Shown here in pieces: positions 50,498 to 61,391 of a DNA stretch of 64,000 nt. The stretch comes from Mustelus asterias (Eukaryota). Under the pieces are notes generated by a model that searched no databases, had not been told where the DNA came from, and saw nothing but the letters and a program-made list of their open reading frames with translations. Position 1 is the stretch's first letter, and each line of letters starts with the position of its first letter. Location: the NCBI RefSeq assembly GCF_964213995.1, contig NC_135801.1:96038001-96102000 (forward strand), written 5' to 3'. A program made the position numbers and the translations under genes.

Positions 50498-51489
50498 TTA
50501 TCTGTTCTACTTTGATTCAAGTTTTCTTTTCTTATCACCCATCTTTGCTCTTTTTTCCAGCTCACCCACCACCCCTTGCAGATTATGATTTGCGTAGGTA
50601 ATTTTACAACCAGCTTAATTATCGATGCAGCATCAGAATGGGGGTTATTACATCCGATTCTTGTAATCAGTGGAGCTGCTGTTAACACTTGTCTTGAAAA
50701 TCCAGTGAGGAAAATGTCAATGTTCAAAGCCCTACTTCTGAAAATTGAGCACATAAGCTGGACAGGCATTTCAGTACAGACGCAGGGAGTGCTGGTAAGC
50801 ATGGGTTGGCAATTGGATGGGAGGTAGGGGGCAAAGGTGTGTACTGAATTGGCAGGGTGAGACAGATAGTGTTCCCATGGCATCCATTGTGAAGCTCCAG
50901 TGTTTCACCATAATTATCATTGACCCAAAAGAGGAATGCAGAGGGTTATATATCAAAGTTTGAAAATGACACCAAGTTGGTGAAGAAAGAAAGACTTGCA
51001 TTTCAATAGCTCCTTTTGAGGCCTTGGGCCTTGGAGAGCTGTCAGCCAATCTGATCCCAGATCTTTGAGGAGAGGGCGCCCCAAATCTGAAGGGACCTTC
51101 TCACCTGAGGTCTATTTAGCATCCTGATCTAACTGGTGCCTGCCAATCTAATAATTGAGGCTGGCAGAAAAATGCCCTTAAGTGGCCGTTAAGTGCCACT
51201 TAAGGGCCTTAATAGGGGCATAGGCAGGCCTTCCGTCCAAGGCCCTGTCCTCCCTACTGTGAAATTGTGTCTGGGTTAGGGTGGGCAGGGTTCTGGAGGG
51301 AATCCGTTCCATGCAATTTACAGTCCCCGCCCTAACCCCACCTGGGGATACTGTAAAATTCTGGCAAGCAAGCTTGCACAGGACAAAGTGACAATGATCA
51401 AATAATCTAAATGATAATGATCAATTTTCGTGATATTGATTCATGAATGCGGTGAATTCTTCAGGTGATGCGGTGGGTATAAAGGAGAT

Positions 51490-52440
51490 ACACGGATTAA
51501 ACAAGTGGGCAAACCTCTGACAAAAATGGAATTCAATGTTGAGTAGTATGTGGCCATCTACTCTGGACCCAAGAAAGACAAGACAAAGTATTTTCTAAAT
51601 GGTAAGAGGCTGGTAAGAGGCAGCGGAACAAAGAGATTTGGGTGTCCCCAATACATAAATCTCTAAAAGTAACTGGACAGGCACAAAAAGCAATCATAAA
51701 GACTATTAGTCTTCATCTTGAGGGGACTGGAATACAAAGGGGAAGATGTTCTGCTTTTGTTATACAGAGTCTTGGACAGATTGTGTTCAGTTCTGGGCAC
51801 TGTGGTGTAGCAAGGATATATTGACCTTGGAGGGGGCGCAGCATAGATTCACCAGAATGATACTGGGGCTGAAAGGATTAACTTACAAGGACAGGTTGCA
51901 AAAACTTACCTTGTATTCCTTGGTTACATAGAATTTACAGGATAGAAACTGGTCTGTGTGTGTGCTCCACAGGAACCATAGGGAGGTTCACTGGACTGAT
52001 TCCTGGAATGAGGGGGTTAACCTATGAGGAAAGGTTGGACAGGATAGGCCTGTATCCATTGAAGTATAGAAGAATGAGAGGTGGTCTTATTGAATCTTGT
52101 AAGATCTTGAGGGGACTTGGCAGGTGGATGTTGAGAGGATATATCCCCTTGTGAGACAGACTAGAATAGGGGGACACAATTTAAAAATAAGGGGTCTTGC
52201 CTTTAAGATGGAGATGGGGGGAATGTTTTTCTCTCAGAGGGTCGTGAGTCTGTGGATCTCTATTAGTCTATTGTGGTGGAGGTAGGGTCAATGAATATTT
52301 TTAAGGCCGATGTTGATAGATTCTTTATTGACAAGGATGTCAAAAGGTACGGGTTAGGAAGGAAAGTGGAGTTAAGGCCACAATCAAGTGGCAGAGCAGG
52401 CTTGAGGGGCCAAATGGCCTACCCCTGTTCCTAATTCGTA
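51490..52440 (+). mobile_element. Two degraded CR1 3' fragments
   Basis: CVQFW..LEGAQHRFTRMI and RFTGLIPGMRGLTYEERL. Confidence 0.75.
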
Positions 52441-52465
52441 TGCATGTATGTGTATGTAAATATTG

Positions 52466-52690
52466 TAAGAAGTTTAACAACACCAGGTTAAAGTCCAACA
52501 GGTTTATTTGGTAGCAAACGCCACTAGCTTTCGGAGCGCTGCTCCTTCGTCAGTAGCCACTCCATTTGATGAAGGAGCAGCGCTCCGAAAGCTAGTGGCA
52601 TTTGCTACCAAATAAACCTGTTGGACTTTAACCTGGTGTTGTTAAACTCCTTACTGTGTTTACCCCAGTCCAACGCCGGCATTTCCAAAT
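52466..52690. mobile_element. Short inverted-repeat Penelope-like remnant with hammerhead-like motifs
   Basis: Inverted arms of ~87 bp; 13-bp TSD tatgtaaatattg at 52453-52465 and 52691-52703; termini match the 56575 element. Confidence 0.8.
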
Positions 52691-54088
52691 TATGTAAATA
52701 TTGCCATGTGTGTCCATACTCTGGTGGCCCATACCACTGCCAGAAATTCCTGATGCCTCATCCCTGTTGTTGGTGGAGAACAGTTGAACAATAACAGTTT
52801 AACCAAAGAAAGCCCCATCCCATTGTGCCTGTGCTGGTGTTTGTCTTCAACCTTTCCCCATGTCAGTGGCAGAGATGTTCCATTCTAAAGCACTGACCTG
52901 CATCACTTGGATAGGCACAAAGCTTGCCTAATCAAAACATAAACATTTAAGAAGATACATTTATTTTAGTATACCACAAATTAATGAGCATCATATGGTT
53001 GAAATATTGGATATATATCCAGAACGTTATTAGAATGATGTATGACAAAGAAAGTCACTCACCAGCCATCCTTATAACTCCAGTCAATTCACACGAATCA
53101 CTTCCTGGGCGATTGAACTGTCAGAGTGTGACATCCAATCACAAATCTATCACATTTCTTATTGTGTGCAGCATATTTTTTGCCAAGTGCTGCAGTTTGT
53201 CATTTAAAACCACAAAGTCTCAAAAATGCTGTATCTGAGCAACCCTACAAGGTGCAGTAATATTTCTTAAGGATGTAGGTCAAACAGAATTCAGTCTGAC
53301 CTCAATGAACAAATTTCAGATGAAATGTTCTGATTCAACTTGTATCTTTCTCAGAATCTGAGAACCAATTGTCTTGGAATATGTAAGCATGTAACTGTAA
53401 TTTTGTTAGGTCTGTCTAAAATTATATGTTTTATAAATACTTGCGTCTACTGCAGATTTATTGATATGGTTTTTCTTTTATTACAACTTGGAAAAGTACG
53501 TAATTGGCTTTAAATCACTTTGGGACGTTCTAAAGCCATAAAGGAGACTGCATAAATGCAAGTTCTTTCTTTTGTAACAAGTAAACTTCCACTCAACAGC
53601 CAAAGAAATATTAATTTGGTGGAATTAAAATACCATAAAATTTACTTTTTCACATTGAAACTTTTCCATGTTGTTTAAACTAATTATATTTTAATCCGTT
53701 TTTTGATTATGATGGAGCCATTAGTGGGAGACTGTGGTGTAGTGGTAATGCCACTTGGTTAGTAATCCATAGGCCCAAGCTAATACATTTGGGGACATGG
53801 GTTTAAATCCCACCATAGCAGCTGGTGGAGTTCGAATTAAATTACAAAATCTAGTGTTGCCTATTTGTGACTCCCGAACCACAACTGCACTTGACAAATG
53901 CCCACTGTAAGAGTCTTGTAAGCCACTCAGTTCAACGGGTGGGCAACAAATGTATATCCTAGTAACATTCCATGATCAATCAATTGATTTTTGGTGGTCT
54001 TCGCTGAGGGGAAAATTTGTGATCAAGTCAGGTGTCACTTGTGTCAAAAATAAACGATTTATCAATGTAGATGGGTAAATGGACATAC

Positions 54089-54275
54089 CTGATTTAATTT
54101 CCTTGATGTAATTGTTGCTGATAACTAGGACTTGAAGCGAAGTTAGCAGAGCCATTGGTTTGGAAGGAAAATCCGTTAACCTGTTGTCATGTAGATAGAG
54201 TTGCCTAAGACAGGATATGTTTGTAAATGTTGTGTCCTCTACAACCTCCAAATTAGAACTATTCAGGAATAGCAC
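54089..54275 (-). CDS. LRR transmembrane protein exon 2 (VLFLNSSNL...LRQLYLHDNRLTDFP...LQVLVISNNYIKEIKS)
   Basis: ttccag acceptor, G|gtatgt donor, phase 0 to 1, canonical LxxLxLxxNxL repeats. Confidence 0.9.
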
Positions 54276-55522
54276 CTGGAAGCAAACACGGAAGATGCAG
54301 ATTAACCAAATTTATTTGATGTTAAATAGAAGCCTGATCAAGATAATTCCATATCTGATCTCTATAGTATTTTCTCAGGAGAATTGTTAATAACTTTCAC
54401 TTTCCAGTCACAGTGTGGGTTACTATTTTGTTTCTGATTGTCATGGTGAACAGCCAGGCATAATGTTGTTGCAGTCATTTATCATTAATAAATCTGCTCA
54501 AAACTATGTATCGAATAGATTAGAGGTCACTTGAAGAGCCCGTGAGCAAACGCAATGCCTGCAAACTTTTCTTCCTATCATGTGAGTTGACTTCTGCCCC
54601 TAGAAATTCTGATATGTGCTCTCAGCAAACAGAGCCTCATCCCAGAACAATTTTAAAATGTACACTTGTATCTCATGTTGATCTGTAGTCATTGTCAGGC
54701 TTGTAAAACTTAATGCATAGGTAATATTCTCATAAATGTTCACTTTCTAACTTAAATATGCCATTTACAAATAAGCCTGACCTAAACATTTTGCTCAAAT
54801 TTAACCTCATTTTTTATCATCTGGGAAAATCCATTTGATGACAAATTATGTACAGATACCTTTGCATGAAATTCTTTCTTTAGTCCCTTCTTTTGGTAGG
54901 GGTATTGTCCTATTTATTCTAAATGGGTTAATGCATCTATTAAAATAATGAGAAATATAATTTAACATGAATATAATCAGTGTTTATATACCGCCATTGC
55001 AAAGTGCAATTATATCCTCTGGGAATTAAAAAAAAGACGTATATTGGATTTTATGTTAAATTGGCACTTTCTTTCATTTTGAACAGAAAAAGTAGCTGAG
55101 GTGTAAACTTCTGAATACAGTCAGATTCCCAAAAACAAACAACACATTTTGTTCTTGGAATATTTCTGATCATATTCTGAACCCAGCATTTTGACAGTAT
55201 ATATTAACACATTCATTGTTACTCTGCCTCTCCAAATAATAATTCAACCACTGCTATTTTGATTGAAAAACTGCCTAAAGTTATTCCGATTATTCGTAGC
55301 AAGAAAACACCTACTGCCTTAACTTTGATAAAAAATTTATGCAGTACGTTAGCAATCTAAATACAGAAGATTCACTTCCAACGTCACTTAATTTCCACAA
55401 TTGTGAACTTACAAAAGAAGTACGCCTACTTAAAATAATTTGCTTTAAAGAAACTAAGATCTTTTCTTCAATAAGTTTATAATGAACTATTAATTTAAGA
55501 TGAAGAAACTCCAACTCCTCAC

Positions 55523-55720
55523 CTGTAATTGGTTGTAGTCCCTCAGGCAGTCATAATAGCTTCTTCTGAGTCTGAGGCCACTGAGGTTCAGAACAGATAT
55601 ATTTTTGCTAATGGGTTCATTCAGTTCTAGCGGACATTGGGTTGAATGTGTCACTAAGGTTCCCAATGAGGCAACATACAAAAAGCAGGCAAATGTATAG
55701 AAAAGGAGAGCGGAACCCAT
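55523..55720 (-). CDS. LRR transmembrane protein exon 1: signal peptide and first LRR (MGSALLFYTFACFLYVASLGTLVTHSTQCP...ISVLNLSGLRL...YNQLQ)
   Basis: ATG in aacATGG context, hydrophobic leader, CAG|gtgagg donor, 198 nt, phase 0. Confidence 0.85.
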
Positions 55721-56574
55721 GTTCTTGTCTGTCTGTCTTTTCAAATCCCTAGTTAGAATGATCAGCCGGTTTTGTAAAAACACGGATTTGTCCAGTTTTC
55801 TTATCGTTATAATTTTGGCTTTATCAGCTTTGGCTCAATGGTAACCTTGAAAGTGGTTGTATTTTCTGATGCTCTTGAAGGATTGATATCCAATTTGTTG
55901 AATGTAGCAGCTGTCTTGATTCTGATCAGCAAAAGAAGAAGCAATTTATCAAAATTCTGTGCAAGTAAAATATCAAATTAGTTTTTTAACAGCGTATGCA
56001 GCTGAGCCTGCGCAACTTGATAAATACATCTCACTCCTTAAATTCCACTGCTCAAGAACAAAGCTATACTGTTTGAAGCTCAGCTGTTGACCTTCTACAA
56101 GTCCAAGAAACGGGGGATGTGTTTAGGCATTAATACCAACAATTTTGAACTTCTTTTATTTCAAATGTTCCTGATAACTGCTTTGAAACTTAGGCCCCAC
56201 CTGTTCTTTTAATTGCACTATTTGACATAATTCTGGTTCTTGATGTTTGTAATATTTCTGGGTATTGGCCAATTTTCACTTCAGCAATCTGACTGACTCA
56301 TACATTTTGTTCAGTCTTCATTCTGACAGCTAAAGATGACAGGTTCACATGGCATCTTGTCCAAACCAGGGTACACATAATTCAGCATAGCAAATAGCCT
56401 CAATCAATATATGAATTAGGCCCTTGAAGTTGCTTTGCCATTTAATAAGATAGAATCATAGAATCCCTACAGTGCAGAAGGAAGCCATTCAGCTCATCAG
56501 GCCAGTACTGCCAACAATCCTACCCAGGCCTTATCCCCTTAACCCCACATATTTACCCTGTTAATCCCCCTGAC

Positions 56575-57691
56575 GTGGAGATGCCGGCGTTGGACTGGGG
56601 TAAACACAGTAAGAAGTTTAACAACACCAGGTTAAAGTCCAACAGGTTTATTTGGTAGCAAAAGCCACACAAGCTTTCGAGGCTCTAAGCCCCTTCTTCA
56701 GGTGAGTGGGAATTCTGTTCACAAACAGAATTTATAAAGACACAGACTCAATTTACATGAATAATGGTTGGAATGCGAATACTTACAACTAATCCAGTCT
56801 TTAAGAAACAAAACAATGGGAGTGGAGAGAGCATCAAGACAGGCTAAAAAGATGTGTATTGTCTCCAGACAAGACAGCCAGTGAAACTCTGCAGGTCCAC
56901 GCAACTGTGGGAGTTACAAATATTGTGACATGAACCCAATATCCCGGTTGAGGCCGTCCTTGTGTGTGCGGAACTTGGCTATCAGTTTCTGCTCAGTGAC
57001 TCTGCGCTGTCGTGTGTCGCGAAGGCCGCCTTGGAGAACGCTTACCCGAATATCAGAGGCCGAATGCCCGTGACCGCTGAAGTGCTCCCCAACAGGAAGA
57101 GAACAGTCTTGCCTGGTGATTGTCGAGCGGTGTTCATTCATCGTTGACAACGGATGAATGAACACCGCTCGACAATCACCAGGCAAGACTGTTCTCTTCC
57201 TGTTGGGGAGTACTTCAGCGGTCACGGGCATTCGGCCTCTGATATTCGGGTAAGCGTTCTCCAAGGCGGCCTTCGCGACACACGACAGCGCAGAGTCGCT
57301 GAGCAGAAACTGATAGCCAAGTTCCGCACACACAAGGACGGCCTCAACCGGGATATTGGGTTCATGTCACAATATTTGTAACTCCCACAGTTGCGTGGAC
57401 CTGCAGAGTTTCACTGGCTGTCTTGTCTGGAGACAATACACATCTTTTTAGCCTGTCTTGATGCTCTCTCCACTCCCATTGTTTTGTTTCTTAAAGACTG
57501 GATTAGTTGTAAGTATTCGCATTCCAACCATTATTCATGTAAATTGAGTCTGTGTCTTTATAAATTCTGTTTGTGAACAGAATTCCCACTCACCTGAAGA
57601 AGGGGCTTAGAGCCTCGAAAGCTTGTGTGGCTTTTGCTACCAAATAAACCTGTTGGACTTTAACCTGGTGTTGTTAAACTTCTTACTGTGT
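56575..57691. mobile_element. Penelope-like element as a ~1.1 kb inverted duplication (GIY-YIG C-terminus plus terminal repeat), inserted in an HE1 SINE
   Basis: Arms 56604-57146 and 57148-57691; peptide MNEHRSTI..PVGEHFSGHGHS..EQKLIAKFRTHKDGLNRD; flanking direct repeat atccccctgac. Confidence 0.88.
57586..57630 (+). ncRNA. Putative minimal type I hammerhead ribozyme (mirror copy at 56665-56709 on -)
   Basis: cac-CTGAAGA-a-ggggc/ttaga/gcctc-GAAA-GCTT-gtg: core boxes, stem II hairpin, palindromic AGCT stem III, short stem I. Confidence 0.62.
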
Positions 57692-58229
57692 ATCCCCCTG
57701 ACACTCAGGGACAATTTAGCATGGCCAATCAGCCTGACCCACACACTTCTTTCCTGCTCTTGTTGCACCCTCCTTGGTGCTGCTTACAGCTTAGACTCAT
57801 ATTGTACCGAAGGCCATTTGGCCCATCATGCTTATGCCAGCTGAGTCAATTCCACTGTCTGTGCTCTTTCCGCATAGCCCGCAATTTCCTGTTCTTCAAC
57901 TCCCTTTTCAGATGGTGCATTCCGTATCAAAGTAACTCACTGCACTAAATAAATTCTCATCTTTCCTCTACTTCTTTTCCAATCCACTCTGTCCAGTGGA
58001 ACCAATTTCTCCTTACTAACTCCATCAAAGTCCTTCATCATTTGAACACATCAACTAACCTTTGGAAAAAAGATCTTCGAACTGTTGCGTTGCTTTTAAA
58101 TGAGTTTAAAGATGGACTACTTTAGCAGTTCTACTGTCACCTAAAACTGTCATCTAAAATGTGATACACCTCACAAATAAGTCATTACCTTGCTTACATT
58201 GTGGGGCCTCCGATACTGAGGTTGGCAAT

Positions 58230-58520
58230 GAGGGGAGATGGTAGCCCTAGTAGTAATGGCACTGGATTAGTAATCCAGCTAATGCCCTGGGGCCACGGGT
58301 TCAAATCCTACCATGGTGTCTGGTGGAATTTAAATTCAATTAATAAAACCTAGAATTGAAAGCTAGTTTCAGTAATGGTGACAACTATGATCAACTGTCA
58401 TATAAACCCATCAGCCTCACCAATGCCTTTAGAGAAGGAAATCTGCTATCCTTCCCTGGTCTGGCTTACATGTGACTCCAGACCACAAGCGGGTTGACTC
58501 TTTTTAAAAACAAAATGCCC
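58230..58520 (+). mobile_element. Second tRNA-derived SINE family; related copies near 25690, 32500, 32830-33260 plus 35698, and 53725
   Basis: tagtggtaat..cactggattagtaatccag / gggttcaaatcc head and gaaggaaatctgc..ccttacctggtctggc body. Confidence 0.7.
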
Positions 58521-58549
58521 TGTACTTTCAGATCTACTTTCCCGTCTAC

Positions 58550-61385
58550 ATTCTATAGACCTTGACTTCCTTGTCAATCAACAATCTAACTCAACCTTAA
58601 AAAGATTCAATGACCCTGCCTCCACCGCTCTCTGGGGAAGAGAATTCCACAGACTAAATAACCTTCTGAGAGAACAGAAATTCTCGTCATCTCCATCTTA
58701 TATGGGAGACTCCGTAGGGACGATTCTCCCAGCCCACTGCACAGCTCAAATAGCGCAATGGGCCGGGAGGCATCAGTGGCGGCCGTTTCATAGGCTTCCC
58801 TTCCCGCTGAACATCACAGACTCCGTGCTTCTCCATTTCTGGAAATCATCCATTTCCATATGATTAGTGGGCCTGGGACTCAATTCACTGGGCCTGCTAG
58901 CGTGTCCCCCCTACCACCAACACCCCCACCCTCCACCGTGAGTGGTTCCCTCCAACGGGGTTTACTACTGCTCTCCCCTAACAGGAAAACAGGCAGCATG
59001 ATCCCATTGGAGGGAAGAGAGGCCAATAAGGCCCTAGGGAGGTCGGGTTAAGGGGGATGCCCCTTGGTCTGTGCCAGCCTGGCACCCTGGCACTGCCCAA
59101 GGGGCAAACTGGTACTGTCCATCGGGTTTTCCCACTGGGCACTAGGCAGTGCCAAAGGAGTGGGGCCAGAGGGGGCAGGGCCTATTGGGGGTGATCTTTA
59201 TGGGGGTGGGGGCACCTGCTGCCACTTTGCAATTGGGATTAGTGGAGAGGGAGTGAGGGAGATCAGGGCTGGCCATCCGGGTGAGTGGGGGTCAGGGCTG
59301 CCGGGAGGGTGGAGGAGGAGATCGGGCTTGGAGGAGGAGATCGGGCTTGGCAGAGGGGGGAAACATCAGGGCTGATCATCAGGATCGGGAGGGGTCGGGA
59401 CAGTCCGGTGGGGGGTCATGTAGATCGGGGCTGGCTGGGAGAAGGTGGGGGTGCGATATAGGGGCTCGCCCAGGAGGCCAGCGATCGGGGGTTGGAGGGG
59501 TTGGAAGGCCAGCGATGGGGGATTGTGGGGCTGGCCAGCAATTGGGCTGGCCAGTGATCTGGAGGCTGGCAATGGGGGGCCACTGTGCATGCACCGATCT
59601 CCATGCCGACAGATCGGCGCATGCGCAGTGGCCCGCTCGGCGCTATTCTGCCAGCCTGTCCAGCTGAAATAGGCCCCACCCCCAGATTTCCAGAGTGAAT
59701 CCCGCTAGGGCACTCAGTGATTCACAGAGTGTTGAAGATCCATTCTGGAAATCACATTTAAAAAAACCGATGGGATTTACTTCCATTTTCTCGCATGTTG
59801 GAAACTTAAAGAGTTATTTTGGGAGAATCCCAGCCCATATTTTTAAACTGCATCTGTTCATTCTTGTCTCTTCCACAAGGGGAAACCTTTATTCATCACC
59901 ACCCTGCCAAATCCCTTCAGGATTTTAAAAGTTTCAACAAGATCACCTCTTATTCTTCTAAACGTCAGTGGATGCAGGCATGACCAGTCCAACCTTTCTT
60001 TGTAAAATAACCCTTTCATTCCTGGAATCAATCGGGTGAACCTTCTCTGAACTGCATTGAATGTAATATCTTTTCTTACGTAAGGAGACCAAAACTGTAC
60101 ACAATACTCCAGATGCAGCCTCACCAAAGCCCTGTACACCTATAGCAAAATTTCCCTACTTTTATATTTCATTGCCCCTGCAAAATTAACAATTTCCATT
60201 TGCCTTCTTAATCACTTGCTGCATCTGCATACTAACTTTTTATGATTCTTGTACCAGGATGCTCAGATCCCTCTGTACCTCAGAGTTCTGCAATCTCTCT
60301 CCATTTAAATAAAATGCTATTTTGGTATTCTTCTTGCCAAAGTGGACAAGTTCACATTTTTCTGCAATATATTCCATCTGCCAAATTTTTGCCTACTCAT
60401 TCAACCTATCTATATCCCTTTACAGATTCCCTATCTCCTTTTCACAACTTACTCTCCTACTTATCTGTGTCATCAGCAAATTTAGCTAACATACATTCAG
60501 TCCCTTCACCCAAATAATTGATATAAATTGTAAATAGTTAAGGCCCTAGCACTGATCCCTCTAGCACTCTACCAGTTCATCTTACCAAACCATTTTGCTT
60601 CCTGTTAGCTATCCAATCATCAATCCTTGCTAATATTATTTTGCAGCAACGTGGCATCTTATCAAATACCTTTTGGAAACCCAAGTAAACTAGATCTACT
60701 GATTGTCCTTTATTCACGTTGTTTATTATTTCCTTATTGAACTTTAAGAATTTAGTTAAACACAATTTCTCTTTCACAAAACCATGTTGACTCTGCCAGA
60801 ATGCATTGAGATTTTAAGTGCCCTGCCTTAACCTCCTTAATAATGGTTTCTCACATTTTCCCTATAACAAATGTTAGGCTAACTGGCCTGTCAGTTGTTG
60901 CTTTCTGTTTTCCTACCTTCTGGAATACATAAATTACTTTTGCTATTTTCCAATCTGATGGAATTTTCCCAGAAACTTGAGAATTTTGGAAAAATTACAC
61001 CCACTGCTTCTGCTATCTTAGCAGCCACTTCTTTCAAGACCCCAGGATGAAGTCCAAGTCCAACTTGTCTGCCTTTAGTTCTAATAATTCTCAGTACCCT
61101 TTGCCTGGTGATTGTAATTGTTTTAAGTTCCTCTCTCCCCTTTGCCCCGTGATTTACAAGTATTTCTGGGATGTTAATTGTGTCTTCCACAGTGAAGACA
61201 CAACACAAAATGCTCAATGCATCCAGCATTTCCTACTTCCACTATTAATTAGAACCATAGAAAAGTTACCATTTGGCCCAACTTGACCATGCCAATTCCA
61301 GGCTCAGTCTCCAGAAGCCCAATGCTCACATAAGATACTTTTCATTTTAAATATTTGTAGAAGCTTTTATAATGATTTACATTTC
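58550..61385 (-). mobile_element. Degraded CR1 LINE interrupted by a GC-rich MITE-like element
   Basis: LVRLHLEYCVQFWSP, VDLVYLGFQKVFDK and LHPGVLKEVA motifs. Confidence 0.78.
58718..59836. mobile_element. GC-rich MITE-like element with terminal inverted repeats
   Basis: gggacgattctccc ... gggagaatcccagccc; CR1 sequence continues on both sides. Confidence 0.68.
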
Positions 61386-61391
61386 TAACTA

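Noticed and set aside
50347-50883. 178-aa ORF on - inside an LRR intron
   Set aside because: It partly overlaps antisense CR1, has no LRR pattern, and its candidate acceptor phase does not fit the gene model.
45876-54275. LRR exons 2 and 4 as mutually exclusive exons (both phase 0 to 1, both starting GTG CT)
   Set aside because: A phase 1-to-0 exon at 48205-48308 joins them in frame and in LRR register, so constitutive splicing explains the pattern.
56914-57381. Duplicated ORFs on both strands as a novel gene pair
   Set aside because: They are mirror products of the Penelope palindrome.
58860-59928. Cluster of Gly/Pro-rich ORFs (also 38443-38847 and 61437-62083)
   Set aside because: Expected from stop-poor GC-rich MITE-like sequence; no domain recognised.
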